Positions 21,957-33,639 of a DNA stretch of 64,000 bases are shown here, one piece after another. Under the pieces are notes generated by a model that had not been told where the DNA came from, did no database searches, and was given only the letters and a program-made list of their open reading frames with translations. The position numbers and the translations under genes are program-made. How positions within the stretch are numbered: position 1 is the stretch's first letter; every line of letters begins with the position of its first letter. This stretch comes from Phallusia mammillata (Eukaryota): contig OZ281497.1 of assembly GCA_965637545.1 (NCBI GenBank), positions 25,544,001-25,608,000 on the forward strand. The letters are read 5' to 3'.

Positions 21957-24900
21957 ATGGACTGTCCAATGCCTGGTGAAATGCAGACCATTTCTGGTTT
22001 CACCCCTGTAGCCACAGCAAAGCTGCCACAGCCTGAATATCCTGTCGCTCATCCAGCAGAACAGCTAAATGTTTCTGCCGATCCATACTTGCCTGTATGT
22101 CCACAGACTGACACAAAGCAGGAGACTCACAGTCCTTCTATGGGGCCGGTCTCCAAGTACAAACCTCAGCCAGATGAGAGCTTCACCAAAGATGACTTTC
22201 ACTATGGAAAGGCCATGGTGGATTTGGTGGAGAGTACGAAAACCATGCTGCATGGATTTACACTGCCCAAAAAGGGGCTCCCAAAGTTCTATGGGAATCC
22301 AATGCATTACCACAACTTTATGAAGAAATTTGATGAGATGATCACGAGGCATTTTCCTGATCCTGCTGTACAACTTCAATACCTTGTAGACATGTGTGAA
22401 GACAAAGACTATGATGTTGTCCATGGATGTTGTGCCACGAGCCCACCTGAATTGGGTCTTGCTACTGCTCGAGAGTTGCTGAGAGATAACTTCGGGCGCA
22501 TGGACTTGGTGGTAAATGCACATGTCAAAGAGTTGACCAAGGGTCCACCAATTAGGACTGGGGACAATGAAGGTCTTCGTTCTCTTGCTACAAGTATGAC
22601 AAATGCTTTAATGGTTTTTCAATCTTTGGGTTGTAAGTCGCAGTTGGACTATTCCCAATTCCTAGTGGACATATTTCAGCGACTACCCAAGCACATGCAA
22701 AATACATTTGTCACAGAGGCCAGTTCACTCTACCGAAGGAATGGGAATGTGACATTCAGCAATCTGACATCGTACCTTAACCAGAAGGTGATGGATTCCA
22801 ACAACATGTTTGCGGATGCATTGACAACAGTTAAGGAAAGGGATCCAAAGAAGGATAAGCCCCAGAAGAAGAAAGAACATGCTGTGTTTTCTGCACAAAC
22901 TGCTTCGGGCTCCACCTTGCATGAATATGTTGACAAACCTAAACCTCCAGACCAAACAAAGAAGAAGAAGCCACAACCATGTGTAGTTTGTAACAAACCT
23001 CATCCATTATGGGTATGTGATGAGTTCCAGAAAAAGAAACAGTTTGACCGTTGGACAACAGTAAAGAATAACAATTTATGCTATAACTGCTTTTCACCAG
23101 ACCACATGGCAAATGAGTGTGTTTGCTCCAGAAAGTGCAAGTCTTGTGAAAAACCACATCATACTCCACTTCATCGTGATGAACAGCAAAGTGTAGAAAA
23201 TACATCCACATCAACTGAGCAAAAGAAGAATGCTGAGAGTCCCAAGGAAAGCTCAAAGACATATGTAGCCACTGTTACTACACCCCCTGTAGGAAGGGAC
23301 CGGGTTAGACTAAAGGTGGTGCCAGTACATGTGTGGGGAAGTGATCCGAATCGTGTAGTGGAGACATATGCATTTCTGGATGAGGGATCTGACACTACAT
23401 TCTGCACATCGAATCTGAAACAGAGACTCAAGCTCGAAGGAAAACAAGTTTCCAGAAGACTTAATGGCATAAGTGGCAGTAAGGATCTGCATGGATATGA
23501 GGTTGGACTGTCCCTGCAGGGGATCCAAGAAACAGATTCAATCCGTATCGAGAATGTACTGACAGTAGATGCTCTACCAACACTAAAGAACAGTATACCT
23601 ACAATGGAAGATGTAAAGCATTATTCTCATCTGAGGGGATTGGACTTTCCAAAGTTACCTGATGCAGAAGTGGATATTCTCATTGGGGCCGGTACTCAGG
23701 AAGCCCGTTCCATTAAAGAAGTGCGATCCGGAAAGCCAAGACAACCAACAGCCATTCACACTGGACTTGGGTGGACCTTAGTTGGCACTGATGTATTAGC
23801 TGCGACAGAGGACAGTTGCAATGTTAACTTTGCCGCAATTGACAATAATGAACTGCATGACATGTTTCAGAAGATGTACAATCATGACTTTATGGATGAC
23901 AAGTGTTCAAATGATGTCTCCCTATCTATGGAGGACAAAAAGGCGCTCGCCATGATGAATTCAACTGTGCAAAGAAAAGGCAAACATTATCAGCTTGCAC
24001 TACCATGGAAGAATAATAATGTAAAGCTACCTTACAACCGTGGAACAGCCGAGAAACGCCTTCTTGGTTTAAAGCGACGATTCAAGACAGATCAGTCGCT
24101 GTTCCAGAAGTACAGCGAAAAGATCAATGAATCGCTGAAGAATGGGCATGCCAGGAAAGTACCAGATGGAAAGGATCCACATCCGAGAAAGACTTGGTAC
24201 ATTCCACATCACTGCTGCACTGGTGGGAAGTTTCGGGTTGTGTTTGACTGCGCTGCCAAGTACGCAGGCACATCCCTCAATGAAAATCTCTTACAAGGAC
24301 CTGATTTGACTAACAACCTTGTTGGTGTTCTTCGTTTTCGCCAGGAGAGGATTGCATTGATGGCTGACATTAAAGGAATGTTCCATCAGGTTTTTGTGGA
24401 CCCAGATGACGTTGATGCTCTGAGGTTTTTGTGGTGGCCAAATGATGACTTGTCCAAGCCACCCGAGGATTACCAGATGCTGGTGCATCTTTTTGGGGCA
24501 ACTTCTTCTCCAAGTTGTGCCAGCTTTGCATTGAGAAAGGTTGCTGAGGATAATGAGAGCAATGCAACAAAGAAAACAACGGATACTGTCCTGCGGAATT
24601 TTTATGTAGATGATTGCCTGAAGTCGGTCAAGACTTTAGAGGAAGGTTCCCAGCTAGTCAAGGAACTGGATGAGCTGCTCAAGTGTGGAGGATTTCACCT
24701 TACCAAGTACCTGAGTAACAGCAAAGAACTGCTAATGTCTATTAATGAAGATAACCTTGTTCCATCAGTGAAAGACATGGACTTGGATGGATTGCCAATC
24801 GAGAGAGCTTTGGGAGTGTACTGGAACACTGGTACAGACTGTTTCGAGGTCAAAGTGAAGTTGAAACCAAAGCCCTGCACAAGACGTGGAATTCTGTCAA

Positions 24901-25127
24901 CAATAAGTCAGTTGTTTGACCCCATGGGGTTTGTGCAACCCTTTATCTTGCCAATCAAAAAGCTTATGCAAGAATTATGCAAAAGAAACATCGGATGGGA
25001 TGAGGCTATTCCCACCGAGTTTGAAGTTGCCTGGAAAAAGTGGCTGGGTAATTTATCACTGCTGGAATCAATTACTATTCCTAGATGTTTAAAGACAACG
25101 GACCATACAAGTGCTGAGCTCCATTGA
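21957..25127 (+). CDS. BEL gag core, Zn knuckles, aspartic protease and RT; ends at a nonsense codon in RNase H
   Basis: LPKFYGNPMHY (gag), CVVCNKPHPLWVC / CYNCFSPDHMANEC / CKSCEKPHH knuckles, AFLDEGS protease, FYVDDCL RT, and ELH*FCDAS. Confidence 0.9.
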   Translation: MDCPMPGEMQTISGFTPVATAKLPQPEYPVAHPAEQLNVSADPYLPVCPQTDTKQETHSPSMGPVSKYKPQPDESFTKDDFHYGKAMVDLVESTKTMLHGFTLPKKGLPKFYGNPMHYHNFMKKFDEMITRHFPDPAVQLQYLVDMCEDKDYDVVHGCCATSPPELGLATARELLRDNFGRMDLVVNAHVKELTKGPPIRTGDNEGLRSLATSMTNALMVFQSLGCKSQLDYSQFLVDIFQRLPKHMQNTFVTEASSLYRRNGNVTFSNLTSYLNQKVMDSNNMFADALTTVKERDPKKDKPQKKKEHAVFSAQTASGSTLHEYVDKPKPPDQTKKKKPQPCVVCNKPHPLWVCDEFQKKKQFDRWTTVKNNNLCYNCFSPDHMANECVCSRKCKSCEKPHHTPLHRDEQQSVENTSTSTEQKKNAESPKESSKTYVATVTTPPVGRDRVRLKVVPVHVWGSDPNRVVETYAFLDEGSDTTFCTSNLKQRLKLEGKQVSRRLNGISGSKDLHGYEVGLSLQGIQETDSIRIENVLTVDALPTLKNSIPTMEDVKHYSHLRGLDFPKLPDAEVDILIGAGTQEARSIKEVRSGKPRQPTAIHTGLGWTLVGTDVLAATEDSCNVNFAAIDNNELHDMFQKMYNHDFMDDKCSNDVSLSMEDKKALAMMNSTVQRKGKHYQLALPWKNNNVKLPYNRGTAEKRLLGLKRRFKTDQSLFQKYSEKINESLKNGHARKVPDGKDPHPRKTWYIPHHCCTGGKFRVVFDCAAKYAGTSLNENLLQGPDLTNNLVGVLRFRQERIALMADIKGMFHQVFVDPDDVDALRFLWWPNDDLSKPPEDYQMLVHLFGATSSPSCASFALRKVAEDNESNATKKTTDTVLRNFYVDDCLKSVKTLEEGSQLVKELDELLKCGGFHLTKYLSNSKELLMSINEDNLVPSVKDMDLDGLPIERALGVYWNTGTDCFEVKVKLKPKPCTRRGILSTISQLFDPMGFVQPFILPIKKLMQELCKRNIGWDEAIPTEFEVAWKKWLGNLSLLESITIPRCLKTTDHTSAELH

Positions 25128-27197
25128 TTTTGTGATGCAAGCGAAACCGGTTATGGAGCTGTTTGCTACATTCGCCTGGTGAATGATGGTTCCTACCACT
25201 GCTCATTTGTGATGGGAAAGTCCAGAGTTTCCCCTTCAAAGGCAGTCACCATTCCCCGTCTTGAACTCACTGCTGCAGCGGTTGGTGTAAAACTAGCACA
25301 GTTTGTCATTTGTGAGTTGGATATTGAGTTGGAAAAGGTTGTGTACTGGACAGACTCCACTTCTGTGCTTCAGTACATCAGAAATACATCGCGCCGCTTT
25401 CCGAAATTTGTTGCCAATAGGCTGGCTGTGATTCAAACAGCTACAGAGCCAGAACACTGGAGACAAGTGGATACAAAGCAAAACCCTGCGGACATTGCAT
25501 CTAGGGGTTTTTATCCTGACCAGGTGGACAAGGCAAAGGCATGGTTCTCTGGTCCATCATTTTTGTGGAAAGAAGAAAGTTGCTGGCCCGAACAGCCAGC
25601 TGTGTTGCAATTGCCAGAAAACCATGAAGATATTGAAGTCAACACAATTGTAGTAGAAATTGTGCAAAATGGTTTGGATAACTTGCTAGACAGATACTCT
25701 TCGTACAATGCCTTACTCAAGGCCACTGGTTGGTTGCTGCGGTTCAAGCAGTACACGATGTGGAAGTTTTCAAAGAAATTACACAAACCTGCACCCAAGA
25801 CAGGTCTGTTGACGGCAGAGGAAATGGAAACAGCTGTCCATCAAGTGGTGAAGCTGGTTCAGCATCAAGCATTTGGATCTATGTCATCAGATCTAAAGGA
25901 ATACCAGAGCATTTCCCACTACTTGGAATCTCAACATTCGAATGGATCACATATTCGAAACCGGGCTCTTGGTAGACTTAGCCCTATGAAAATAAATGAC
26001 ATTTTGAGAGTTGGAGGTCGCCTACAACATGCAACTCTGCCAGAGGACATGAAACACCCTATGATTCTGCCTAGTCGTCACCATGTAACTGGGCTGATCA
26101 TACATCATTACCATCAGAGGGAAGGACATAGTGGAACTCAACACGTTCTAGCAGCCACCCGTGAGAGATACTGGATTCTCAAAGGCCAATCATCTGTTCG
26201 TCATTACTTGAAGGACTGCAGAAAATGTCGTTTTTGGAAGGCACAAGCTGGTAGGCAGTTGATGGCACCCTTGCCGGTTTGCCGTGTTGAGTCTGGGCAG
26301 TTACCCTTTACTCATGCAGGGGTTGACTACTTTGGCCCTCTAATGGTCAAAATTGGACGCAGTCATGTGAAACGATATGGCTGCATTTTGACTTGTATAG
26401 CTACAAGGGCTGTGCATTTGGAGCTAGCTGGCTCACTGGACACAAGTTCATTCATACAAGCACTTCGTAGATTTCTGCTGAGAAGAGGATCTACCACTAA
26501 ACACATGTATAGTGATAATGGAACCAACTTCATTGGAGCTGACAGAGAACTTCGTGAAGGGATTAAAGCATGGAATCAACAACAGATTCATGCAGAGCTA
26601 CTACAGACGGGAATTGAATGGCATTTCAATCCCCCAGCTGCCAGTCACCAAGGTGGTGTATGGGAGAGAATGATTCGCTCTGTGCGAAAAATTTTGCAGT
26701 CACTTGCTGGAGACAAGATATTATCTGAGGAATCGTTGAACACCTTCCTGATAGAAGTGGAATCAATCTTAAACAACAGACCACTGACACCAGTCAGTGA
26801 TGATCCAAAGGATGGGGCTGCTTTGAAGCCCACTACTTTGTTGGCTGGTGGAATCGAAGCTACATTGCCACCTGGAGAATTCATCAAAGCAGACGGCTAC
26901 AAGAAATCCTGGCGTGCAGTACAATGGTTGAGTGACCAGTTTTGGAAGCGCTGGGTGAAAGACTATTTGCCACTTTTGCAAAAACGCCAAAAGTGGTTGC
27001 AACCTGAGAAGAACTTCGAAGTTGGAGATGTTGTGTTGGTAATGGATGCCAATACAAAACGAGGAGTATGGCCCAAAGGACTGGTCGAGGAGGTCTTTCC
27101 AGATCATGATGGGATGGTGCGGAGAGTTCGAGTCAAAACCCATGACTCGACTTTGATGAGGGACATTCGAAAGCTGTGTTTACTTGAATGTGGCTAA
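25128..27197 (+). CDS. BEL RNase H and integrase (HHCC, DDE core, C-terminal domain)
   Basis: FCDASETGYGAVCYIR, IPRLELTAA, WTDSTSVL, HYH...H...CRKC, GVDYFGP, SDNGTNF, WERMIRSV, RDIRKLCLL. In frame with the previous ORF. Confidence 0.9.
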   Translation, partial: FCDASETGYGAVCYIRLVNDGSYHCSFVMGKSRVSPSKAVTIPRLELTAAAVGVKLAQFVICELDIELEKVVYWTDSTSVLQYIRNTSRRFPKFVANRLAVIQTATEPEHWRQVDTKQNPADIASRGFYPDQVDKAKAWFSGPSFLWKEESCWPEQPAVLQLPENHEDIEVNTIVVEIVQNGLDNLLDRYSSYNALLKATGWLLRFKQYTMWKFSKKLHKPAPKTGLLTAEEMETAVHQVVKLVQHQAFGSMSSDLKEYQSISHYLESQHSNGSHIRNRALGRLSPMKINDILRVGGRLQHATLPEDMKHPMILPSRHHVTGLIIHHYHQREGHSGTQHVLAATRERYWILKGQSSVRHYLKDCRKCRFWKAQAGRQLMAPLPVCRVESGQLPFTHAGVDYFGPLMVKIGRSHVKRYGCILTCIATRAVHLELAGSLDTSSFIQALRRFLLRRGSTTKHMYSDNGTNFIGADRELREGIKAWNQQQIHAELLQTGIEWHFNPPAASHQGGVWERMIRSVRKILQSLAGDKILSEESLNTFLIEVESILNNRPLTPVSDDPKDGAALKPTTLLAGGIEATLPPGEFIKADGYKKSWRAVQWLSDQFWKRWVKDYLPLLQKRQKWLQPEKNFEVGDVVLVMDANTKRGVWPKGLVEEVFPDHDGMVRRVRVKTHDSTLMRDIRKLCLLECG

Positions 27198-27794
27198 ATT
27201 TCAACTTTGTGTGCATGTTCTTTCATATTTGTAACCTTTTCATTCTTCATTACCAACATATATGCCTCTTCACATGTCATTCTTGCTAAGTCTGTACTAC
27301 CCATATGTCTTTCATCTTGCCTTATAGCCTTGTCATGCATGTCAGTGTTGTGTAGTGTGTTCTTCATAAAATGTCAACATTCCGAATACCTCTTCCACCT
27401 AACATTGTAATGTCTGTACTGATTGACAACCAAGTATTGTGAAAGTGTCTTGTTTTCTAAGCCTTTCTGTGTTTTTTACCTTGCCAAAACCTGTCATTGT
27501 TTTTTACCTCTTAGAACAATATTTGGTGCAAATTTTGTATTTAATTGTGAAGCATTTGAAACTGTGCATTTTATACCATTCCTGTCAGTATGTTTCACGT
27601 TCACTCAGTCATAGTTGTGTCTTTACTCTGTTTTAGCCCAGGATGGAAATGTTTGTTTGGGTACTTTGGTTTGGGTTAGTTGCCAAATTTGTTACCACGG
27701 CTCTCTCTGTGACTGACCATCCTGTGCCTTGTTCTTTGTCCGTTTTTGTTTTGAAAAATGTTTTCCATGCTGTCTGACATTTTTGGGGCCGGCA

Positions 27795-28473
27795 TGTTAC
27801 GGACAAAGTCACAATATTAAAATATGATTTCTATATTTCCTTTCCCAAGTGCAACCATGCGTTACGTCTATTCCCAAGTGCATTGTCTTTGTTAGTTTTG
27901 GGCCAATCCTAACTTCTAAATGTGTCATGTGACTAAAATGTGCTTGGACTTAGCCACACCTTGTTCTAAAAGTGCAGTTTCTATGTATTAGTGCAGTAAT
28001 CTGTTAGAATCGGCTTAGTTTAAATGTTTATGTGTTAACCAAATGTCAGCAATTTTACAACTATGTTAATGTCTAGCTATGTGAAGTGTTTCTAGTAACT
28101 TTTCGTTTGTTATTGTTGTTTGAATGTTTAGACGATAAAACCAACACCTTAATGTCAAGCACCTAGGTACTGTGACTTTCAGAAATCTCAACTGTCTCAA
28201 CTTGCTTGATTTGCTCCATTCTGTATAGTCTTGTCATCTACTGTGGCGCAATTGAACTGTTTTGGATACGAACTGTATTTGTTGTCATTCGTGCACTGTT
28301 CTTGCACCTTCATCGCCATAATAGAACACTGAAACCCACAGTTTGTGCAGTCTAGAGGGCAGTTGTGAATTTCTGACTCATTGTACCTGATGATGGTACC
28401 AACGAAGACATTAGCCTAGGTTTGCCTAAAGTGAGCTTAGGCCGTGACTAGTCCTCAAATTTTGGACGTCACA
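27795..28473 (+). repeat. BEL 3' LTR
   Basis: 679-bp direct repeat of 20060-20738. Confidence 0.97.
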
Positions 28474-28688
28474 TATATATACCCTAGATCAGTGGTGTGG
28501 TCTCCAACGTATTGGTCGCGTAAACTGCTTTTTTTCAGGTAAATTTGACCGCTTATTTTCCAAGTAAACCTTAAATAAGTGCATTCATCGTGAATTATCA
28601 CGAGACTGTCGTAAACGCACACACCTTCAAGCGCTTACCTGTATTGACTGCCACGTTTAAGACGCGGTACACGGTTATATACGACACG

Positions 28689-28781
28689 TCCAGAAATCGT
28701 AGATTGGAAGTTGGAGAAGAAAAAGGGATAAGTGCGAAACAAGAAAATGCTAAAACACCATTGCTTAACTCTCAACAATAA
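28689..28781 (+). pseudogene. 3'-terminal FLVCR-like remnant (duplicate of 13495-13587), preceded by a truncated Gypsy LTR
   Basis: SRNRRLEVGEEKG...TPLLNSQQ*. Confidence 0.85.
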
Positions 28782-30234
28782 CTGAAAACCCGGTTTCAGT
28801 GTGAAACCTTGGACGCCGAAACTTGTCATTTTGTTTCTTATTTAACGAACCGTGTTTACCCACAATGCGACAACTTCTTTCTTGTGAGCCCCAGCACACA
28901 ACGCTCTATAAAATTCGGTTTAGCTGCAGAACGTTTAGCAATGATACCCCAATGGTGCCGAACACAGTTTTGCTTCAATGACGTTTTCACGTAGCGCAGC
29001 CATTTTCGACTTGTGATTTGTTTTCGGCTAGTGATTGTTTTAGTGTCATTGTGTCGTTATGTTTTCTTTCACCAAGCGAAATAAACCCAACTCAAATAGC
29101 AATGTAGCTACACTGCGTTTAACCGAATCCATCAATTATGCTGTTTATTATTTTGTGTCCCATACGTTGTGCAATCATTGATTCTTGCTCTACAATTGCG
29201 TATAGCCATGCTATTTAACACGAATCGAAATAAACTTTACTCAACTCCTACAATGAGCTCGTTATGCCCTTTTCGTCATTTTTTGAATTTCACAAGCCTC
29301 CATCGGCCATTGAACTCATTGCAAAAGACATGCTATGCAAAAAATTGCAATCACTTCAGTAGTTTGGAGCTATCGTTTTTTTTTCTCATACAGAATCATC
29401 AAATAAACTTCTGTATTGCACTTTTTTATTGATATGTGCGCATTGATGCGATCAATTAAGCTTTTATCACATACAACGGGATGCACGTTGTATAAAGAAG
29501 CTGATTAAGCTGACCTTGCATTATTTTAGCAAGCCCATAGAAGTCAAGCTACTAGTTGAAAGGGGGAAATAACCTCAATAACTTAATTTGAATTCATTGT
29601 TTCAGCAGGCCCTTGCCTGATTTTTCTGTGAAGAAAGGGCCCGAGTTCAGTCGTCAAGTTAGATTTACCAAGATGAATGTGGCCGGGGTGTGAAGTAATC
29701 CCATTTTGTTTTACTTTGGCCGAACTAGAACAACTCAAATTAAAGGTTTGGTCCTAGCTAATGAATAGTCTAACCATTGAACAAAATCTTTCAACTGCTG
29801 TTGCAAATATAGTACAGTTGCCCAGAAAAGAGAAATCAAGCAAAACTGGCAACTCAAAAATTAAGACCGACACTTTTATGGGGACAAGTCGATGCGGTTA
29901 TTTTAGTGTTTTGGTGGCCAAATTTTTGAAATCTAATCACTGTAAAATTAAAATCAACTACAAAATAAATACAAACGGTGTCTATGAAACGCGCCGAAAT
30001 GACAGACTTCTAGCGCTTAGGCGTCGTCGTGCGTTTTGTTGGAAAACAATGATGAGCTTTTAAGTTTAACAATGGAAAGGAACGAAAGCAAAAACAGAAC
30101 ATTAGTTCTCTTTTGCGGGAAAAGTTGATATTCAAACATCATGTGTTCTGTGCACGAACGGATAATATGTCTCTGATTTATAACATTATCATTTCAATCC
30201 CTTTTAATAGAAATATTTATGCTGTGCTGTACCA

Positions 30235-31310
30235 TCGCTAATATAGTTTTTACATTCAGTTCTTTAACGCAACCCCAGGACAAGTGGATTGGATCACCAA
30301 CGCAAAAAATACCAGCGCCATATTTATCACATTTCCCCTTGCCTTTTTCATTTTCAAGGACAAAATTGGCCTCAAAACGCTTATATTAGTCAGCGCCGGC
30401 AGTTCAACAATCGGTCTTCTGTTTTTTACTTTGTCTTTCATCAACCGTTCGTTGTTTGCTCTGATAGTAATTGGGCAGACTTTTTGTGGACTGTCAGCAA
30501 CTGTAGGTTTGGGGGTGCCTTCCTCTTCTGCTGTGCTTTGGTTTCCAGAAAATCAATTCGGAACAGCAATTGCTTTAAATGTTGTAGGTGTATATGTAGG
30601 AAATGAAGTTGGATACACATTACCTTCATACCTTGTGACACCATCAAACCATACATTGAAACACAAAGGAATTTCAAGCCTTGGAGCTTTAGCAGTAGGG
30701 CAACGTCAATTGCGTTACATGTATGGAGTATTTCTAGCCATATCTGCCGCTGTAGCTATTTTGTTTCTGATTTTCTTGACTGATAAGCCTCTCACACGCC
30801 ACATTTGCACAAGATCTGAAGAATAAGGATATAAGAGTTGATAAGACTACAAAGTTTTTCATTTGTCAAACAGTTGCTGTTTTCCATGCTCTCATATGTT
30901 TTGTTATGTGTTGTCTTCGGAATTTTGTTCCATGCAGGTATGTTTGAAACTATTATGATGTCTGAAATCACTGCTGACTTACAGATTTCACACAAAGTTT
31001 CCCCCTCCGTTTTGGGCAGTTACATCATGTGCACATCTAGTTTGGGTGCCATCGTGGGCTTTGGATTTGGCGGCAAATTTGTTGACCGGTGCAAAAGATA
31101 CAAACTTCTGACAATATGTGGAAGTATCATGGACCTTTTTTTAAACTTAGGAATTGTCATTAGTGTAATATACGGAAGCACTCCAGGTATATACGCATGT
31201 AACGCATTGTTTGGATTTTGTACCGGATTTATTAACTTTGCACTGTTTGAAATGGCCACGCAGCTGACCTATACGGTGGATGAGACGCTGGTCAACACTT
31301 GGGCCTATAG
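30235..31310 (+). pseudogene. Decayed FLVCR-like MFS pseudogene (P-type), unit 2
   Basis: Fragments 30284-30826 and 30838-31398 with the same frameshift as the unit-1 pseudogene. TM1 and the C-terminus are missing. Confidence 0.9.
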
Positions 31311-32095
31311 AGTAACAATTGTTACAAAAATCTCTTCTAGAGTGTTTTTTATTGCAACGAATGTATTCTGTAAAAATGGCTTTAAATCGTCTAAATGAAT
31401 TCTGGCGCTCTATATATCGTAAGTTAATGACACCGTGCAAAAATTTCTAACTGGCACCTGATAATGGTTCAATTTTATCCGAATAGCGCGATTTCGCAAT
31501 AACCTTAAAATACAACATATTATTTGTTTGTATTGTCTGGCAGAAATTTGCCATCAAGTTGAGTTTGCGCGTACAAAGTGCCATCAATGTAAAAGTTTTG
31601 AAAAAACGTTATCATTCACTAATATAACGTTAAACTTTAGCATGTCGTGTTGTTAATTGAAAATGCCAACATATTGGACCTTGATAGTAACTTTCCCAAT
31701 CAGACAAAAAGGAAACTGGTATTTGAACATTGTGTGGTGTCATTTTATACTCTGATGTAAACGCAAACCTACCACGAACTTTTTTTTAATCTTTTAAGGT
31801 ATATTTCACATATACCACATGGTATCTGGTTATGGGAGATGGACAAGTCATTTGATAAACAATATACAAATATTTTGACCTACAAGCAATAACGTTTTCA
31901 TATTTCCGTTCGATTAAATTATTTACCAAAAAATATGCATTTTCATTATCTTATTTCAACAAAAATACCTAACTACATAACATACAAAACAGTACATCAA
32001 AACAGTAGCCTGTGTGGTGAAAATATAAAAAATGTACAAAGACGGCTTGCTGTACGAAATTGTAAGCCAAGTTTTAGAGACTCGTGTGTTTTATG

Positions 32096-33508
32096 TTATT
32101 GTTGAGAGCTGAGTAATGGTGTTTCAGCATCTTGAGGTTTTTCATCTGTCACTCTTTCGTCATCAACTTCCAATCTACGATTCCTCGAAGAAACTAAGGT
32201 TAGCATCAATAGAGCCATCAATACACAAGCGCATTGAAAGGCAAGCACCCCAATACTCTTCCACTGTTGAAACATGACCCTTGCAAGAATGCCCATCAGC
32301 AAAGCGATTAAAGTTTGAATTCCGGTCATCCAATTGTTCACCAGCGTCTCGTCAATCGGATAAGTCAGTTGTGTGGCCATTTCAAATAGAACCACAATAG
32401 TAAAGCCAGTCAAGAATCCAAACAGTGCGTTACATGCATATAAACCTGGAGTGTTTTTGCATATTGCGCTAATGGCAATTCCCAGAACCGAAAAGAAATC
32501 TGCAGTACCCCCACATAACGCCATAAGCTTGTATCTTTTGAAACGGTCGACTACTTTGCCACCGGATGTGAGGCCAATAATAGCGCCAACTCCGAATGTA
32601 CACATGATATATCCGCTTAATGTAGATGGCTCAACATTTTTCGCAATGTGAAGATCAGCTATGATTTCAGACATCATCATATTTTCAATTAGGACAAGTT
32701 GAAATATAAATCCGATGGTTATGCAGATTAAAGCATAAGAGGGCATGGAAAAAAGTTGTTTAGTTACATTAAAAAACTCTTTTGCAGACTTTTCAGGTTT
32801 CAATTCCTTATTCTTCAAATCTTGGGCTTGAGTTGGTGGTGTTGGAGGTTTGTCGGTTAAGAAAATCACAAACAAGCAAGTTACAATTGTAGAAATTGCC
32901 AGAAATGCCCCATACATGTAACGCAACTGACGTTGTCCTTCTGTTAAATCTTCAAGGCTTAACATTCCTTCTTGTTCCACGGTATCGTTCGAAGGTGTCA
33001 CAAGATATGAAGGCAATGTGTATCCAACTTCATTTCCCACATACAGACCTACAACATTTAAAGCAATCGCCGTTCCGACTTGATTTTCTGGAAACCAAAG
33101 CACTGCGAAAGTTGATGGGGCACCTACTGCAACAGTTTCTGAAAGTCCGCAAAAGATTTGTCCGATTACGATCAGAGCAATCAGAGAACGATCGATCAAA
33201 GACAATGTAACAAACAGAAGACCAACGGTAGAGCTGCCGGCGATGACAAGCACGAGTCCTTTTAGTCCAATCTTATCCTTGAAAATGAGAAAGGCAAGGG
33301 GGAATGTTATGAATATAGCACTGATATTTCTTGCGTTGGTGATCCAATCCACTGTTGTTGGAGTTGATTTGAAGAACTCAACATAAAACCAATTGATTTG
33401 TCCGTAACTGGCGAATGATATTCCGGCACAAAATTGTAGAAGAAATAATCCCAAAAGAAATGCCCATCTTCGTTTGTACAACTTAAATTGCTCTTGGATA
33501 ACATCCAT
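32096..33508 (-). CDS. FLVCR/SLC49-like MFS transporter, intact (470 aa); copy A4
   Basis: Duplicate of A3 with a few substitutions. ATG at 33508. Confidence 0.9.
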   Translation of the reverse strand: MDVIQEQFKLYKRRWAFLLGLFLLQFCAGISFASYGQINWFYVEFFKSTPTTVDWITNARNISAIFITFPLAFLIFKDKIGLKGLVLVIAGSSTVGLLFVTLSLIDRSLIALIVIGQIFCGLSETVAVGAPSTFAVLWFPENQVGTAIALNVVGLYVGNEVGYTLPSYLVTPSNDTVEQEGMLSLEDLTEGQRQLRYMYGAFLAISTIVTCLFVIFLTDKPPTPPTQAQDLKNKELKPEKSAKEFFNVTKQLFSMPSYALICITIGFIFQLVLIENMMMSEIIADLHIAKNVEPSTLSGYIMCTFGVGAIIGLTSGGKVVDRFKRYKLMALCGGTADFFSVLGIAISAICKNTPGLYACNALFGFLTGFTIVVLFEMATQLTYPIDETLVNNWMTGIQTLIALLMGILARVMFQQWKSIGVLAFQCACVLMALLMLTLVSSRNRRLEVDDERVTDEKPQDAETPLLSSQQ

Positions 33509-33639
33509 TGCCAGCATTGAAATACTTACTTTTATGGCAAATGCTATGCCTACTTTAAATTTTACCTGCAATTTCTACGGAAAAACAACGCAACGTAAAT
33601 ATCTAGTAACAAATGAAACCTATCGTTTTTGCACTTACT

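Larger units (their letters stand above)
20060..28473 (+). mobile_element. Full-length BEL/Pao LTR retrotransposon (8414 bp), recent but defective
   Basis: Two 679-bp TG...CA LTRs. 5-bp TSD tatat, inferred from the empty (TA)6 site at ~13275. PPT-like ttttggggccggca before the 3' LTR. Domain order gag-PR-RT-RH-IN. Confidence 0.97.

Noticed and set aside
27198-27794. Short ORFs after BEL integrase as a possible env or accessory gene
   Set aside because: Only 60-67 aa, low-complexity and T-rich; consistent with a 3' UTR.
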